Positions 54,053-63,419 of a DNA stretch of 64,000 nt are shown piece by piece. The DNA is taken from contig JACQJH010000002.1 in the NCBI GenBank assembly GCA_016205145.1, positions 489,696 through 553,695 on the forward strand, given 5' to 3'. This stretch comes from Candidatus Iainarchaeum sp. GTDB lineage: Archaea; Iainarchaeota; Iainarchaeia; Iainarchaeales; JACQJH01. The translations under genes were made by a program, and so were the position numbers. The notes beneath the pieces are model-generated. The model saw nothing but the letters and a program-made list of their open reading frames with translations. It ran no database searches and was not told where the DNA came from. Position 1 is the stretch's first letter; each line of letters starts with the position of its first letter.

Positions 54053-55306
54053 TCAAACCCATTGAAGGATTTTCTTCTGGTGTTTCAGGGCGTCGTACAA
54101 AACGCTTTTTTTCCTGTAAGTTTCAATGGGCACGACAAGCTTTGACTTCAGGAAAGCGAATGCCAGGTCAATGCCGGAAAATGCAAGCGGTTTTTTCTGC
54201 AGGGCGTGGCGCACGTTCTCGCGGATTTGCCAGGTTCCAAGAGGAACGTCGTAGCCCTTGCCTATTTCCCTGAAAACAATCGCCGCGCCCTGCCTTTTCT
54301 CCCTGCGCAAATACTCGCAGACAGCAAGCCTCGCCGAATAGTATGCGCCCGTAATGTTGTCGGCATAGTTTTTCCTGCCCGAAAAAAACTCGAAATCGTG
54401 CGCGACGTGGAAATCGGTTGCGTTCGGCGTCCACACCCCGCCCGGCATCCATGTTTCCATCATTTCAAACGACCATTCATTCGGCAGAAGCATCACCCAG
54501 AAATTGTTGTCAAGGTAATTGGAATTGAACAGCCTGATTTCGGAAAGCTGGGGAAGATATTTGACTTTTTCAAGCAGCTGTTTTGAAACCGTGTCGTCCA
54601 CTGCAGTGATCGACCACCTGGTCGGGACGAATTTCCTGTTCTTTTTCACGCCCAGGGTGCCGGCGGACAAAAGCTTGTAAAGGAAATGCACCGGCAGGCC
54701 GTCAGTATAGAGTTCCTGCATTGCGGTCGTTGATTTTGCATCCGTGTCCGAGACAAGGTAGTCGACTTTTGTCGGAATGCTTGGGTTTGATTCGAACGAA
54801 AATTTTTCCATGGCGGCTGAGGGGCCCATCGGCGCGAAAAGGTCGGAAAAGGAAGAGCCGAGTTTCGGCTTGTCCTTGAGTTTGACGTCAAGGTCAACCT
54901 GTTTTTCGGACATGGCGATTTCCTGTATGGCGGCAACGTCATATGTCGGGTTTGACGCGGAGTGCACGGAAACTTTTTTGTTGGAGCGGAACAGCTGCTG
55001 GCGAAAGCCTAGAATTTCGCTTGACGGAAGCCCATACCATTGTTCGGGATTGTCAAGAAACGCGGCGTCTTCGACGAGTTGCGGCGGAGACAATGGTGCG
55101 ATGTCAACCTGCGGATAGTTTTTCCACGCAACGAAAATTGACGGAGGGGAGGAGCCGACAAACTCCTTGGCATCGAATAGCCTCTGCGTTGCCCGCTTTT
55201 TTTCAAAGCGGTCAAGCAATGGGCAGGACGGAAGATTGCACCACAGCCTGCCCTTGCACGGAACGCAGATGCCCGGCGTTGGCACGAATGAAGGCGAAGC
55301 CTGCAT
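54053..55306 (-). CDS. Nre-family (DUF650/DUF651-like) putative DNA repair protein with N-terminal Cys cluster
   Basis: 417 aa from the internal Met (MQASPSF...). N-terminal CVPCKGRLWCNLPSCP looks Zn-binding, about 400 aa, next-but-one to rfcS. The family call rests on architecture and context. The listed ORF extends 233 codons further into the oppositely oriented spermidine-synthase-like gene. Confidence 0.4.
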   Translation of the reverse strand: MQASPSFVPTPGICVPCKGRLWCNLPSCPLLDRFEKKRATQRLFDAKEFVGSSPPSIFVAWKNYPQVDIAPLSPPQLVEDAAFLDNPEQWYGLPSSEILGFRQQLFRSNKKVSVHSASNPTYDVAAIQEIAMSEKQVDLDVKLKDKPKLGSSFSDLFAPMGPSAAMEKFSFESNPSIPTKVDYLVSDTDAKSTTAMQELYTDGLPVHFLYKLLSAGTLGVKKNRKFVPTRWSITAVDDTVSKQLLEKVKYLPQLSEIRLFNSNYLDNNFWVMLLPNEWSFEMMETWMPGGVWTPNATDFHVAHDFEFFSGRKNYADNITGAYYSARLAVCEYLRREKRQGAAIVFREIGKGYDVPLGTWQIRENVRHALQKKPLAFSGIDLAFAFLKSKLVVPIETYRKKSVLYDALKHQKKILQWV

Positions 55307-55421
55307 GAAATAGTGAAGTTTTGAAGGTTTTTTAAGCCGCTCCAAGCAGGTTTCCCATGAAAGAGGATCTATGGCTGGACACACAACAAATTTAATAATC
55401 GAATAACGCATAGAATATTGA

Positions 55422-57449
55422 ATGAGAAAATCTGACGTTTTCGGCTTGTTTTTGATCAGTTTTTTGACGCTTTTTTTTGAACTGGCCATGATCCGGTGGA
55501 TTCCTGGAACCGTTGCCGCAATCGGATATTTCACCAACCTTATTCTGATTTCAAGTTTTCTTGGAATGGGGCTCGGCTGCCTGCTTGCCGGCAGGAAGGA
55601 TTTTTCGCGCTTTTTGCCGGCACTTTTTTTCGCAACGGTGATTGTTGCAGTGCTGATAAAAAAAATCGGGGTTGCCCCGAGCCAAAACCTGTCGGATTTC
55701 ATTTTCGTGGATTTTTCCGGCCAAGCCCTGCCGTTGATTCTTGTCATGCCGCTTGTGTTTTTCGTCAATTTCCTGTTTTTTGTCCCACTGGGACAAATCC
55801 TGGGCAGGTTCTTTGAAAAATTCCAGCCACTGAGGGCATATGCCATAAACATTCTGGGCGCAATAGCGGGCATAGTGGTTTTCACTTTGTTGTCGTTCCT
55901 GTCAGTTCCGCCGGTCGCATGGTTTTCCGTGGGCGCAGCCTGCACTCTCTGGTTCCTCAGGGGCAAAAAAATCCATTTTGTTTCCGGAATCCTGTTTTTT
56001 GCCATAGCGCTGTCGGTAATCGTAATTGTTGCCGAAAATGAGGTCTGGTCGCCTTACCAGAAGCTTGTCGTGACGCCGGAAACCGGAAACAATTATTTTT
56101 CTTTGACCGTTAACAACAATTATTACCTGAGCGCAACCAAATTCGACCAGCAGACGATAAAAAAATATGAGATAAACAAGGCATGGGCCGAAATATACAA
56201 TCTGCCATATGAATTTGCCCAGCCAAAAGATGTCCTAATCCTTGGAAGCGGCGGTGCAAACGACCTGTTTTTTGCGCTGAAAAGCGGGGCCGAACACATT
56301 GATGCAGTTGAAATTGACCAAAAAATAGTCGAAATATCATCCCAAAAAAGAAAGGACGGTGCATATGGCGATTCCAGAGTCAGCATAATCGTGGACGATG
56401 CCAGGACATACCTTAAAAGCACGGACAAAAAATACGACCTCATAGTCTACGGTTTTCTGGACTCGCACAGGCTGTTTTCCACGATGGCGAACGTCCGGCT
56501 TGACAACTTTGTTTATACTCTGGAAGGAATAAACGAGGCCAAAAAGAGGCTTAAGGACGGCGGGGTGATTTCCCTGTCTTTTTTTGCCAACAGGGAATGG
56601 GTGGCGCAGAAGCTCTTCGACCTGTTAAGCGAAAATTTCGGGCAGAAACCTCTTGTTTTCGAGTCAGCCGCCATGCCATCGGAAAAGGTAATGCTTGTAA
56701 CCAACACGTCCGGCGGGCTATTGAAGGAAAACGTCCCGAATTTCAATGAAACTTCAGGGGCATATGCGAAAAACAGCGGAAAATACAAGGTGCCGAGCGA
56801 CAACTGGCCTTACCTGTACCTTGAAAACAATTTCATTCCGCCGGAATACATAATAATCCTCATCATCATATTTGCTGCAAGTGCGGCGGCTGTTTTCTTT
56901 TCAATCAAATCAGGCGCTGATGCAGGCATCCTTGGCAACCTGCAGTTTTTCTTTTTGGGCGCCGCATTCATGCTTTTGGAGACCAAAAGCATCGTGGAAT
57001 TATCCCTGATTTTCGGAACAAACTGGTTTGTGAACGCCGTGGTCATAACATTCATACTAGTCATGATTTTGGCCGCAAACTTGTTCGTAATAAAATTCAA
57101 TCCTAAAAAAATCCGTTACTTTTACGCATTGCTGTTTTTGACCCTGATTTTCAATTTCATTTTTCCGCCAAAAAACATTCCGTTTGACAATCCGGTGATA
57201 AGGCTTATTGCCCCGGCGTTCATTGCCACGTTGCCCATATTTTTTGCAGGACTGGTTTTTTCCTCGCTTTTCAAAAAAACCAAAAATGCAAGCCTTTCTT
57301 TGGGCCTGAATATCCTTGGCGGGGTACTTGGCGGGTTCCTGGAGTACGCCTCGCTCATTTTCGGCATAGGGCACATCATATTATTGGCGGTTATCCTATA
57401 TGTTCTCTCAATGGCGTTCGCTGGATTGCTGGGTTTCGGAAAAGATTAG
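55422..57449 (+). CDS. membrane-bound spermidine synthase-like protein (polytopic TM domains flanking an aminopropyltransferase/SAM-MTase fold)
   Basis: 675 aa. A central Rossmann region (DVLILGSGGANDLFFALKSGAEHIDAVEIDQKIVEIS...YDLIVYGFLDSH) is flanked by about 7 N-terminal and about 6 C-terminal TM helices. Confidence 0.7.
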   Translation: MRKSDVFGLFLISFLTLFFELAMIRWIPGTVAAIGYFTNLILISSFLGMGLGCLLAGRKDFSRFLPALFFATVIVAVLIKKIGVAPSQNLSDFIFVDFSGQALPLILVMPLVFFVNFLFFVPLGQILGRFFEKFQPLRAYAINILGAIAGIVVFTLLSFLSVPPVAWFSVGAACTLWFLRGKKIHFVSGILFFAIALSVIVIVAENEVWSPYQKLVVTPETGNNYFSLTVNNNYYLSATKFDQQTIKKYEINKAWAEIYNLPYEFAQPKDVLILGSGGANDLFFALKSGAEHIDAVEIDQKIVEISSQKRKDGAYGDSRVSIIVDDARTYLKSTDKKYDLIVYGFLDSHRLFSTMANVRLDNFVYTLEGINEAKKRLKDGGVISLSFFANREWVAQKLFDLLSENFGQKPLVFESAAMPSEKVMLVTNTSGGLLKENVPNFNETSGAYAKNSGKYKVPSDNWPYLYLENNFIPPEYIIILIIIFAASAAAVFFSIKSGADAGILGNLQFFFLGAAFMLLETKSIVELSLIFGTNWFVNAVVITFILVMILAANLFVIKFNPKKIRYFYALLFLTLIFNFIFPPKNIPFDNPVIRLIAPAFIATLPIFFAGLVFSSLFKKTKNASLSLGLNILGGVLGGFLEYASLIFGIGHIILLAVILYVLSMAFAGLLGFGKD

Positions 57450-57500
57450 ATTCAAATGCCAAATCAACATTTTTATGCGTTTCACTGAATAGGTTATACC

Positions 57501-59414
57501 ATGGCCGAAAAGCAGATTGAACTTGAGTTCCCCGACGGCGGCAAAAAGAAATTCGCGAAAGGCATTACCGGCGCGGAAATTGCCAAGGGAATAGGCGAAG
57601 GCTTGGCACGCGCGGCGCTTTCCGTGAAAGTTGACAATGAAGTCCTGGATTTGTCAAGGCCGATTGAAAAAAGCGGGAAGTTTGAGGTTCTCACGGAAAA
57701 AAGCCCCGACGGCCTGAGGACAATGTGGCATTCCACTTCGCATGTCATGGCCGAGGCAGTGCTGGAACTGTTTCCCGAAGCCAAGCCGACCATCGGCCCT
57801 TCGATTGACGAGGGATTCTATTATGATTTTGATGTGAAGCATCCTTTTTCGCCCGAAGACCTGGAAAAAATCGAAGGCAGGATGAAGGAGATTGTGAAAA
57901 AAGACGAGCACTTCGAGCGCAGGGAAATCAGCAGGAAGGAAGCCCTTGAAATGTTCAAAAAAAATTCTTACAAGGTTGAATTGATCAAAGAACTGCCGGA
58001 AGGCGAAACCATTTCAGTTTACCAGGACGGCAAGTTTACCGACCTCTGTTCCGGGCCGCACATTCCAAACACCGGGCGCATCAAGGCGGTCAAGCTTTTG
58101 AAATCGTCCGGCGCGTATTGGCGGGGCAGTGAAAAGAACAGGATGCTGCAGAGGATTTACGGCATCAGTTTCCCCGAAGAGAAAAAGCTGAAAGAGTTTG
58201 TGGCGCAAAAGGAAGAGGCCGCGAAAAGAAACCATTTGAAGCTTGGCAGGGAGCTTGACCTTTTTTCGATGCAGGAAGAGGCGCCCGGCTGCGTTTTTTT
58301 CCATCCGAACGGAATGGTAATCTGGAACGAGCTCATGAAATTCTGGCGCGAAGAGCATTTCAAAGCGGGATATGACGAAATAAAGACGCCAGAAATAATG
58401 AAGCAAAAGCTCTGGGAGAAGTCGGGGCACTGGGACCACTACAAGGACAACATGTATTTCACGAAAATCGACGACGAGGATTTTGCCGTAAAGCCCATGA
58501 ACTGCCCCGGCGGAATTCTTGTATTCAGGTCGAAAAGGCACAGTTATCGCGATTTGCCTTTGAGGCTTGCCGAAGTGGGAACAGTGCACAGGCACGAAAA
58601 GTCGGGCGTTTTGAATGGGCTGTTCCGTGTGAGAAGGTTCACTCAGGATGACGCGCACCTCTACTGCACCGAGGAGCAGATAATGCAGGAAGTCAATGGC
58701 ATCATCGGCCTCATCGACAAGATGTATTCCGTTTTCGGTTTCTCTTACCGCGTCGAATTGTCGACGAGGCCTGAGAAGGCGATGGGTTCGAAGGAGGCAT
58801 GGGACCACGCCGAAGGCGAACTCAAAAAGGCGCTGAACGAGGCGGGCGTGGAATTCAAAATCAATGAAGGCGACGGCGCGTTCTACGGCCCGAAAATAGA
58901 CTTCCACATCCGCGATTCTTTGGGGAGAACATGGCAGTGCGCGACAATCCAGCTCGACTACCAGATGCCCGAAAAGTTCGAACTTTATTATATTGGAAAG
59001 GACGACAAGGAGCACAGGCCGATCATGCTGCACAGGGTTATCTTCGGCTCTGTTGAAAGGTTCATCGGCATACTCATAGAGCATTTCGGCGGAAATTTTC
59101 CGTTATGGCTTTCCCCGGTGCAGGTCAAAGTGCTTCCTGTGAGCGACAAGTTCAACGATTATGCGAAAAAAGTGCATGGACAATTGAGGCAAAATTTTAT
59201 CCGCAGCGAACTCGACGACAGGCAGGAAACCGTTTCCTACAAGGTCAGGGACGCGGAACTGAGGAAAATTCCTTTCACGCTCACTGTGGGGCAGAGGGAA
59301 GAGGAATCAGAAACTGTTGCCGTAAGGGACAAAAGCGGAAAGGTTTCCGTGCAAAAACTCGATACATTCACTGCCGGGCTTGCGGAAAAAACCGGTAAAA
59401 GGGAAAATGCCTGA
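57501..59414 (+). CDS. thrS: threonine--tRNA ligase, bacterial/eukaryotic-type (TGS plus N2 editing domain)
   Basis: 637 aa. N-terminal TGS, editing-domain HxxxH (HSTSHVMAEAV), class II motifs (FRVRRFTQDDAHLY, GPKIDFH..., HRVIFGSVERFIGILIEHFGG) and an anticodon-binding domain. Confidence 0.9.
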   Translation: MAEKQIELEFPDGGKKKFAKGITGAEIAKGIGEGLARAALSVKVDNEVLDLSRPIEKSGKFEVLTEKSPDGLRTMWHSTSHVMAEAVLELFPEAKPTIGPSIDEGFYYDFDVKHPFSPEDLEKIEGRMKEIVKKDEHFERREISRKEALEMFKKNSYKVELIKELPEGETISVYQDGKFTDLCSGPHIPNTGRIKAVKLLKSSGAYWRGSEKNRMLQRIYGISFPEEKKLKEFVAQKEEAAKRNHLKLGRELDLFSMQEEAPGCVFFHPNGMVIWNELMKFWREEHFKAGYDEIKTPEIMKQKLWEKSGHWDHYKDNMYFTKIDDEDFAVKPMNCPGGILVFRSKRHSYRDLPLRLAEVGTVHRHEKSGVLNGLFRVRRFTQDDAHLYCTEEQIMQEVNGIIGLIDKMYSVFGFSYRVELSTRPEKAMGSKEAWDHAEGELKKALNEAGVEFKINEGDGAFYGPKIDFHIRDSLGRTWQCATIQLDYQMPEKFELYYIGKDDKEHRPIMLHRVIFGSVERFIGILIEHFGGNFPLWLSPVQVKVLPVSDKFNDYAKKVHGQLRQNFIRSELDDRQETVSYKVRDAELRKIPFTLTVGQREEESETVAVRDKSGKVSVQKLDTFTAGLAEKTGKRENA

Positions 59415-59442
59415 AAAACACGCGGGCAGTAAATCTTTTTTT

Positions 59443-59853
59443 TCAGGAAACCACTTGGACTGTCACAGGATCATAACCTGTGGTTGCCTTGACCTTTGCC
59501 GCTGTGCCGGAAACAATGTCGGAGCGGATGTCGCTTGGCAGGCCAGCCGGGCTGATGTAGGCTGTTATCGTGATGCGTTTCCCGGAAGCGGGCGGGGCGT
59601 TCGCATGTTCTTGGAAGTCAAGCTTTTCAAGCAGGAAAACCGTGTCGGCTTTCTGCAGCCTTGCGAGAATGTCGGTTTTCGCTGTCAGCAAAGCCTTTGT
59701 CGAATCGTTGATTGCCAGAAAATAGCTTAAAGCGACAAGCGAGAGGCCGATGACGACAACCGCTATAAGCAATGCCTCAAAGCTAATCTGTCCTTTTTTG
59801 TTCAAGAGAGCACCTTCAGATCGGCACGTTAAGCGAAACCCCGCCGGAGTCAT
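59443..59853 (-). CDS. type IV pilin-like protein (class III signal peptide)
   Basis: ...NKKGQISFEALLIAVVVIGLSLVALSYFL. The start is probably an internal TTG just before NKKGQ (about 59808). Confidence 0.55.
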   Translation of the reverse strand: MTPAGFRLTCRSEGALLNKKGQISFEALLIAVVVIGLSLVALSYFLAINDSTKALLTAKTDILARLQKADTVFLLEKLDFQEHANAPPASGKRITITAYISPAGLPSDIRSDIVSGTAAKVKATTGYDPVTVQVVS

Positions 59854-60322
59854 TCTGGATTGCTATGCGCAGGCTTGCGGGACCGGTTATGGGTGCGGAA
59901 ATGTTGCCGCAGGAATTGATATTTTTTATGAACGTTGCCTCGCCCACGCACTTGTTGATGTTGCCCGTGCCGTCATTCTGGCATGCCGGCGGCTCTTTTC
60001 CCGGGCCGAGCTTTGCGCTGAGGCTTGCCTTAAACGTGATTTTTGACGGACTGCATTCTATCGTTGCTTCTGCCGGAATGAAGACGTTGATCGTTTCCTT
60101 CGCCTCGCCAGAGGAAGTGAGGATGGCATTTGTGGCCGAAGCGATTTTGTCCGCGGCAAGCCTCGCCTGCCCGACCCTTGCAACGTCTTTCGCGGATTCA
60201 GCCGCAATAGTGATGTTCGGCTGGACGTAGCCCACGATGTAGACAAGCGAAATGAGCACAATCATTATGAATTCGATTGACGCCTGGCCCTTCCTGTTTT
60301 TCAGAAACCCAAAATTTTCCAC
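59816..60322 (-). CDS. type IV pilin-like protein (class III signal peptide)
   Basis: MENFGFLKNRKGQASIEFIMIVLISLVYIVGY..., followed by a Cys-containing mature domain. Confidence 0.6.
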   Translation of the reverse strand: MENFGFLKNRKGQASIEFIMIVLISLVYIVGYVQPNITIAAESAKDVARVGQARLAADKIASATNAILTSSGEAKETINVFIPAEATIECSPSKITFKASLSAKLGPGKEPPACQNDGTGNINKCVGEATFIKNINSCGNISAPITGPASLRIAIQNDSGGVSLNVPI

Positions 60323-61422
60323 AGCAAATCACCCGCAATGCCAAGCAAGACGAACGCAATCAGGACCGAGGGCGCAAAGGCCGCGCTCTTCTTGACCAGG
60401 ATTTTTTCCGGAATGCGTTTTTCCATGCATAATTTTTTCAGCTCCGAAAGCTCTTCTTCAGTCAGGCCGCGCGCCTTGATGCTCGACGCAATCTCCCTTC
60501 CCTGGGGCTTTAGCTCGGACAGAAGGGATTCTAATTTATTGGCTTTTAAGTGGTTAATAATTGTTTTTATTGAAAGCGGCTCCTTTTCCGCCACATTGCC
60601 GTCGGAAAGCAGGAAAAAGCTTTTCGCGGGAATGTCGCCTTCCGCCAGCTCGCTGACGGGCTTCTCCTCAACCAAAAACCGCTTTGAAACCGCGAAAAGC
60701 TTTAAGAAAATGTAAACAAGCGAAATTGCCGCGGTTGAAGCCAGAAAGCCGGAAAGCGCCGGCAAAAGGCTCTGCCACAATGCAAACGCAAACAATCCCG
60801 CCGACACTGCCGGTTTTGCCTTGGCCGGCAGGAAAGCCGCAATGAAAAGCAGCGGCAGCACCAGAATCTGCGGCAAACCGAACAAAACCAGGACCGCGTT
60901 CAAGCCCAGGGCAAGGGCAATGATTTTTGCAGTCGAAACAACCGTGCCCCTGACGCTTTCAAAGATTTCCCTGCGCGCAACCGCGTCCGATTGCAGGCCG
61001 CGCACGGCAATCATCGCGCCGAAAGGCATGACCGAAAAAACCGAGAAAATGAAAAGCGTGAGCGGAAAAATTGGAAGGGGAATCGCCTGCAGCAGCGGAA
61101 TTCCAAGCAATGCGCCGGCAACCGCGGGATTGAACGGGTTCGCGAAGGCAAGCGCCGTGAACAGTTTCACGTCCCCGCCGGCCCAGACGCCGAGCTTCCA
61201 CAGAAGCCACGAAACGCAAAAAGTCGCAATTCCCAAAGCAATCGAAAACCCCAGAATTGACCAGTCGGATTTCACAAACGATTCGGTTGTTTTGGATGCC
61301 AGCGCAAAAGCAATCAGCGAATACGTCAATTTGTTCGGGATTAGCCTTTCTCTCAAATCAATGATTGACGCAACGGCAAGGACTGCAAGCGAAACAAGGT
61401 AGTTTGCCAGAACAAAAAGCAT
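60301..61422 (-). CDS. prepilin/preflagellin peptidase (A24 family) with C-terminal extension
   Basis: Start at MLFVLANYLV. The two catalytic Asp motifs are present (IIDLRERLIPNKL and WAGGDVKLFTALAF); about 8 TM helices, then a soluble C-terminal domain. Confidence 0.75.
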   Translation of the reverse strand: MLFVLANYLVSLAVLAVASIIDLRERLIPNKLTYSLIAFALASKTTESFVKSDWSILGFSIALGIATFCVSWLLWKLGVWAGGDVKLFTALAFANPFNPAVAGALLGIPLLQAIPLPIFPLTLFIFSVFSVMPFGAMIAVRGLQSDAVARREIFESVRGTVVSTAKIIALALGLNAVLVLFGLPQILVLPLLFIAAFLPAKAKPAVSAGLFAFALWQSLLPALSGFLASTAAISLVYIFLKLFAVSKRFLVEEKPVSELAEGDIPAKSFFLLSDGNVAEKEPLSIKTIINHLKANKLESLLSELKPQGREIASSIKARGLTEEELSELKKLCMEKRIPEKILVKKSAAFAPSVLIAFVLLGIAGDLLWKILGF

Positions 61423-61524
61423 TGCATTCCACACCTGCACAAAAAAAACTTGCCTATTAAAAGAAAGGGCGGCGCAAATAAAAGGCTTATGAAGGCCACG
61501 CAATCATTTTGTGAATAGGCAGGC

Positions 61525-61716
61525 TTACTGCATAAGCGAAGTGATGGTTTCGCTGCGGTAGGTCAGGATGTCAGCCTGCGCCTTGGTTGCAACGGAAACG
61601 ATTGCATTGATTAGAAGCGCGGCTGCAATCGCAAGGAGGATTCCGAACAATGCCGTCAGAAGGTATTCAAAAGCCGTTTGGCCGCGCTCATCCACTGGCA
61701 ACACCTTAAACTCCAT
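61525..61716 (-). CDS. short type IV pilin (63 aa)
   Basis: MEFKVLPVDERGQTAFEYLLTALFGILLAIAAALLINAIV..., a class III signal peptide. Confidence 0.55.
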   Translation of the reverse strand: MEFKVLPVDERGQTAFEYLLTALFGILLAIAAALLINAIVSVATKAQADILTYRSETITSLMQ

Positions 61717-61870
61717 TGACCGTGTTGAGGAAATTCGTCAGCTGCTGGTTTCCCTGCTGCTTGGTCGGCCCGATGAAGTTCGTGATAACCACGATTACAA
61801 CCGCGGCAATCAAAACGGCTGCCGCAATCAGCAGAAGGTATTCCAGTGCGCCTTGACCTTTCGAATCCAT
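61706..61870 (-). CDS. ultra-short Flp-like type IV pilin (tandem copy 1)
   Basis: MDSKGQGALEYLLLIAAAVLIAAVVIVVI... The N-terminus is almost identical to the next two genes, and the C-terminus is variable. Confidence 0.6.
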   Translation of the reverse strand: MDSKGQGALEYLLLIAAAVLIAAVVIVVITNFIGPTKQQGNQQLTNFLNTVNGV

Positions 61871-61884
61871 TGGTTTCACCAAAA

Positions 61885-62061
61885 TCATGCGACGTTCCCC
61901 AAATTTGCAAGACTTGAGTTGTACGTGCCCTGGGAATTTTCAATGCTGCCTTTGCCGCTGCTTGCAGAGCTTGTCAGCAGTATTATGACGACTGCCGCAA
62001 TCAGCACAGCCGCACCAATCAGCAGCAGATACTCCAATGCCCCTTGACCTTTCGAATCCAT
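61885..62061 (-). CDS. ultra-short Flp-like type IV pilin (tandem copy 2)
   Basis: Internal start MDSKGQGALEYLLLIGAAVLIAAVVIILL..., about 58 aa. Confidence 0.6.
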   Translation of the reverse strand: MDSKGQGALEYLLLIGAAVLIAAVVIILLTSSASSGKGSIENSQGTYNSSLANLGNVA

Positions 62062-62123
62062 TTCAACACCACCGGTTTTTTTAAGAATAAAAAAAAGGCC
62101 AGCGAGTGGCCTTCTCTGCCAGT

Positions 62124-62306
62124 TCATGGAGTGAGCTGGTTTTGCAGGTTTGACTGCGCTTCCGTAGCGGTATTAGCCGATGTCTCAGCTGTGGTTTTGC
62201 CCGACTGCCCTATGTTCGTCAGCAGCACTATTACGACTGCCGCAATCAGCACAGCCGCACCAATCAGCAGCAGATACTCCAAAGCGCCCTGTCCATTAGA
62301 ATCCAT
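62124..62306 (-). CDS. ultra-short Flp-like type IV pilin (tandem copy 3)
   Basis: Internal start MDSNGQGALEYLLLIGAAVLIAAVVIVLL..., about 60 aa. Confidence 0.6.
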   Translation of the reverse strand: MDSNGQGALEYLLLIGAAVLIAAVVIVLLTNIGQSGKTTAETSANTATEAQSNLQNQLTP

Positions 62307-62322
62307 TTTTTCAACCTCCAAT

Positions 62323-62487
62323 TTAACCGTTTAAAACCTGTTGCTCCCTGTTGGCGAGTTCGTTCTGAACCGCTTTTGGCACAGATTTTAAGTATAAAGC
62401 AACGACCAAGGCTACGACAATGGCTGCGGCGATCATAAGCAGCACTTCGATTGAGGCCTGCCCGAGTTCCTCCGAAAAAAGGCTCAT
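62323..62487 (-). CDS. short type IV pilin-like protein
   Basis: Internal start MSLFSEELGQASIEVLLMIAAAIVVALVVALYL... Confidence 0.5.
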   Translation of the reverse strand: MSLFSEELGQASIEVLLMIAAAIVVALVVALYLKSVPKAVQNELANREQQVLNG

Positions 62488-63416
62488 ATCACGCCACCAA
62501 ACAGTCCAACCGACAGGATTTTTGCCGCAAAATAACAAACAAACGCAAGTAATAGAAGGATTGGGATGTATATAATACTTTTGCTCATTTTTCCGTCGCG
62601 CATAAGCGAAAGCATGAATCCGACGGCAAGAATTTCAACTGCGATATACGCCTGCATGAGCAGCACTATGAGGTCCTTAACTGCGACTGCCTGCGCCCTT
62701 GCCGCGAGGCCGATGTCAAGGCCCTGTGAGGCCGAAACCACAAGGAACGAAATGATTGTCGAAACGATGCCGAAAATGAGCGGCGCCACAATCGCGCCGG
62801 CGGCAACCATGAACATGACCTGCATCGTGGTTTTCGCCTTGCGCTCCTGCCCTATGCGGTAAATTTCGCGGATGTCGTCGGAAATCTCCTCAAGAACGTC
62901 GGCAAGGCCCGCGCCTGCCTTGATCGAATCGATTATGACGATGATTGACCTGCTTACAAGCCTTGAATCGATGTTTTCGGAAAAGCTTTTCAGGGAATTC
63001 TCAAGGTTTTCGCCTTCCTCAAGCTTCCTCAAAACATTGTTCATCTCCTTTGCCAAAGGCCCGTATTCGGCGTTCGCAATCTCCCGCAAAGCATATTCGT
63101 ATGTGCCGCCCGCGTTAAGCGTGTCAGCCATCTGTTTCAGGGCTTCCGGCAGTGCCTTTTCAATGGCGTCAATGCGCTGCATTGCCTTCAGGTAAGGATA
63201 ACCCAAAAACAGGTCCAATGCGACAATTGGAATGACCGCGACAAAAATCCTGAGCTCGTCGAACAAACCGGCAACGCTGAGGAAAAAGAACGTGAGAACC
63301 GCGAAGATGATTGCGAGCGCCACGGCCATGGCGATGAAAACCCCCGCGTCCACTTTCAGGCCGGCCTGCTTCAAATAGCCCTGGTACTTTTCAACTAGTG
63401 TCTGCTCCTGTTCCAT
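62484..63416 (-). CDS. type II secretion system F-domain membrane protein (TadC/FlaJ-like pilus platform)
   Basis: 310 aa. T2SS-F domain architecture: TM helices, a cytoplasmic helical domain (...LKQMADTLNAGGTYEYALREIA...) and C-terminal TM helices. Confidence 0.7.
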   Translation of the reverse strand: MEQEQTLVEKYQGYLKQAGLKVDAGVFIAMAVALAIIFAVLTFFFLSVAGLFDELRIFVAVIPIVALDLFLGYPYLKAMQRIDAIEKALPEALKQMADTLNAGGTYEYALREIANAEYGPLAKEMNNVLRKLEEGENLENSLKSFSENIDSRLVSRSIIVIIDSIKAGAGLADVLEEISDDIREIYRIGQERKAKTTMQVMFMVAAGAIVAPLIFGIVSTIISFLVVSASQGLDIGLAARAQAVAVKDLIVLLMQAYIAVEILAVGFMLSLMRDGKMSKSIIYIPILLLLAFVCYFAAKILSVGLFGGVI

Positions 63417-63419
63417 ATT

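Noticed and set aside
55307-56005. 233-codon upstream extension of the Nre-like ORF
   Set aside because: It overlaps the convincing opposite-strand membrane spermidine-synthase-like gene (55422-57449). Its translation has no Nre features, and the internal Met gives family-typical length.
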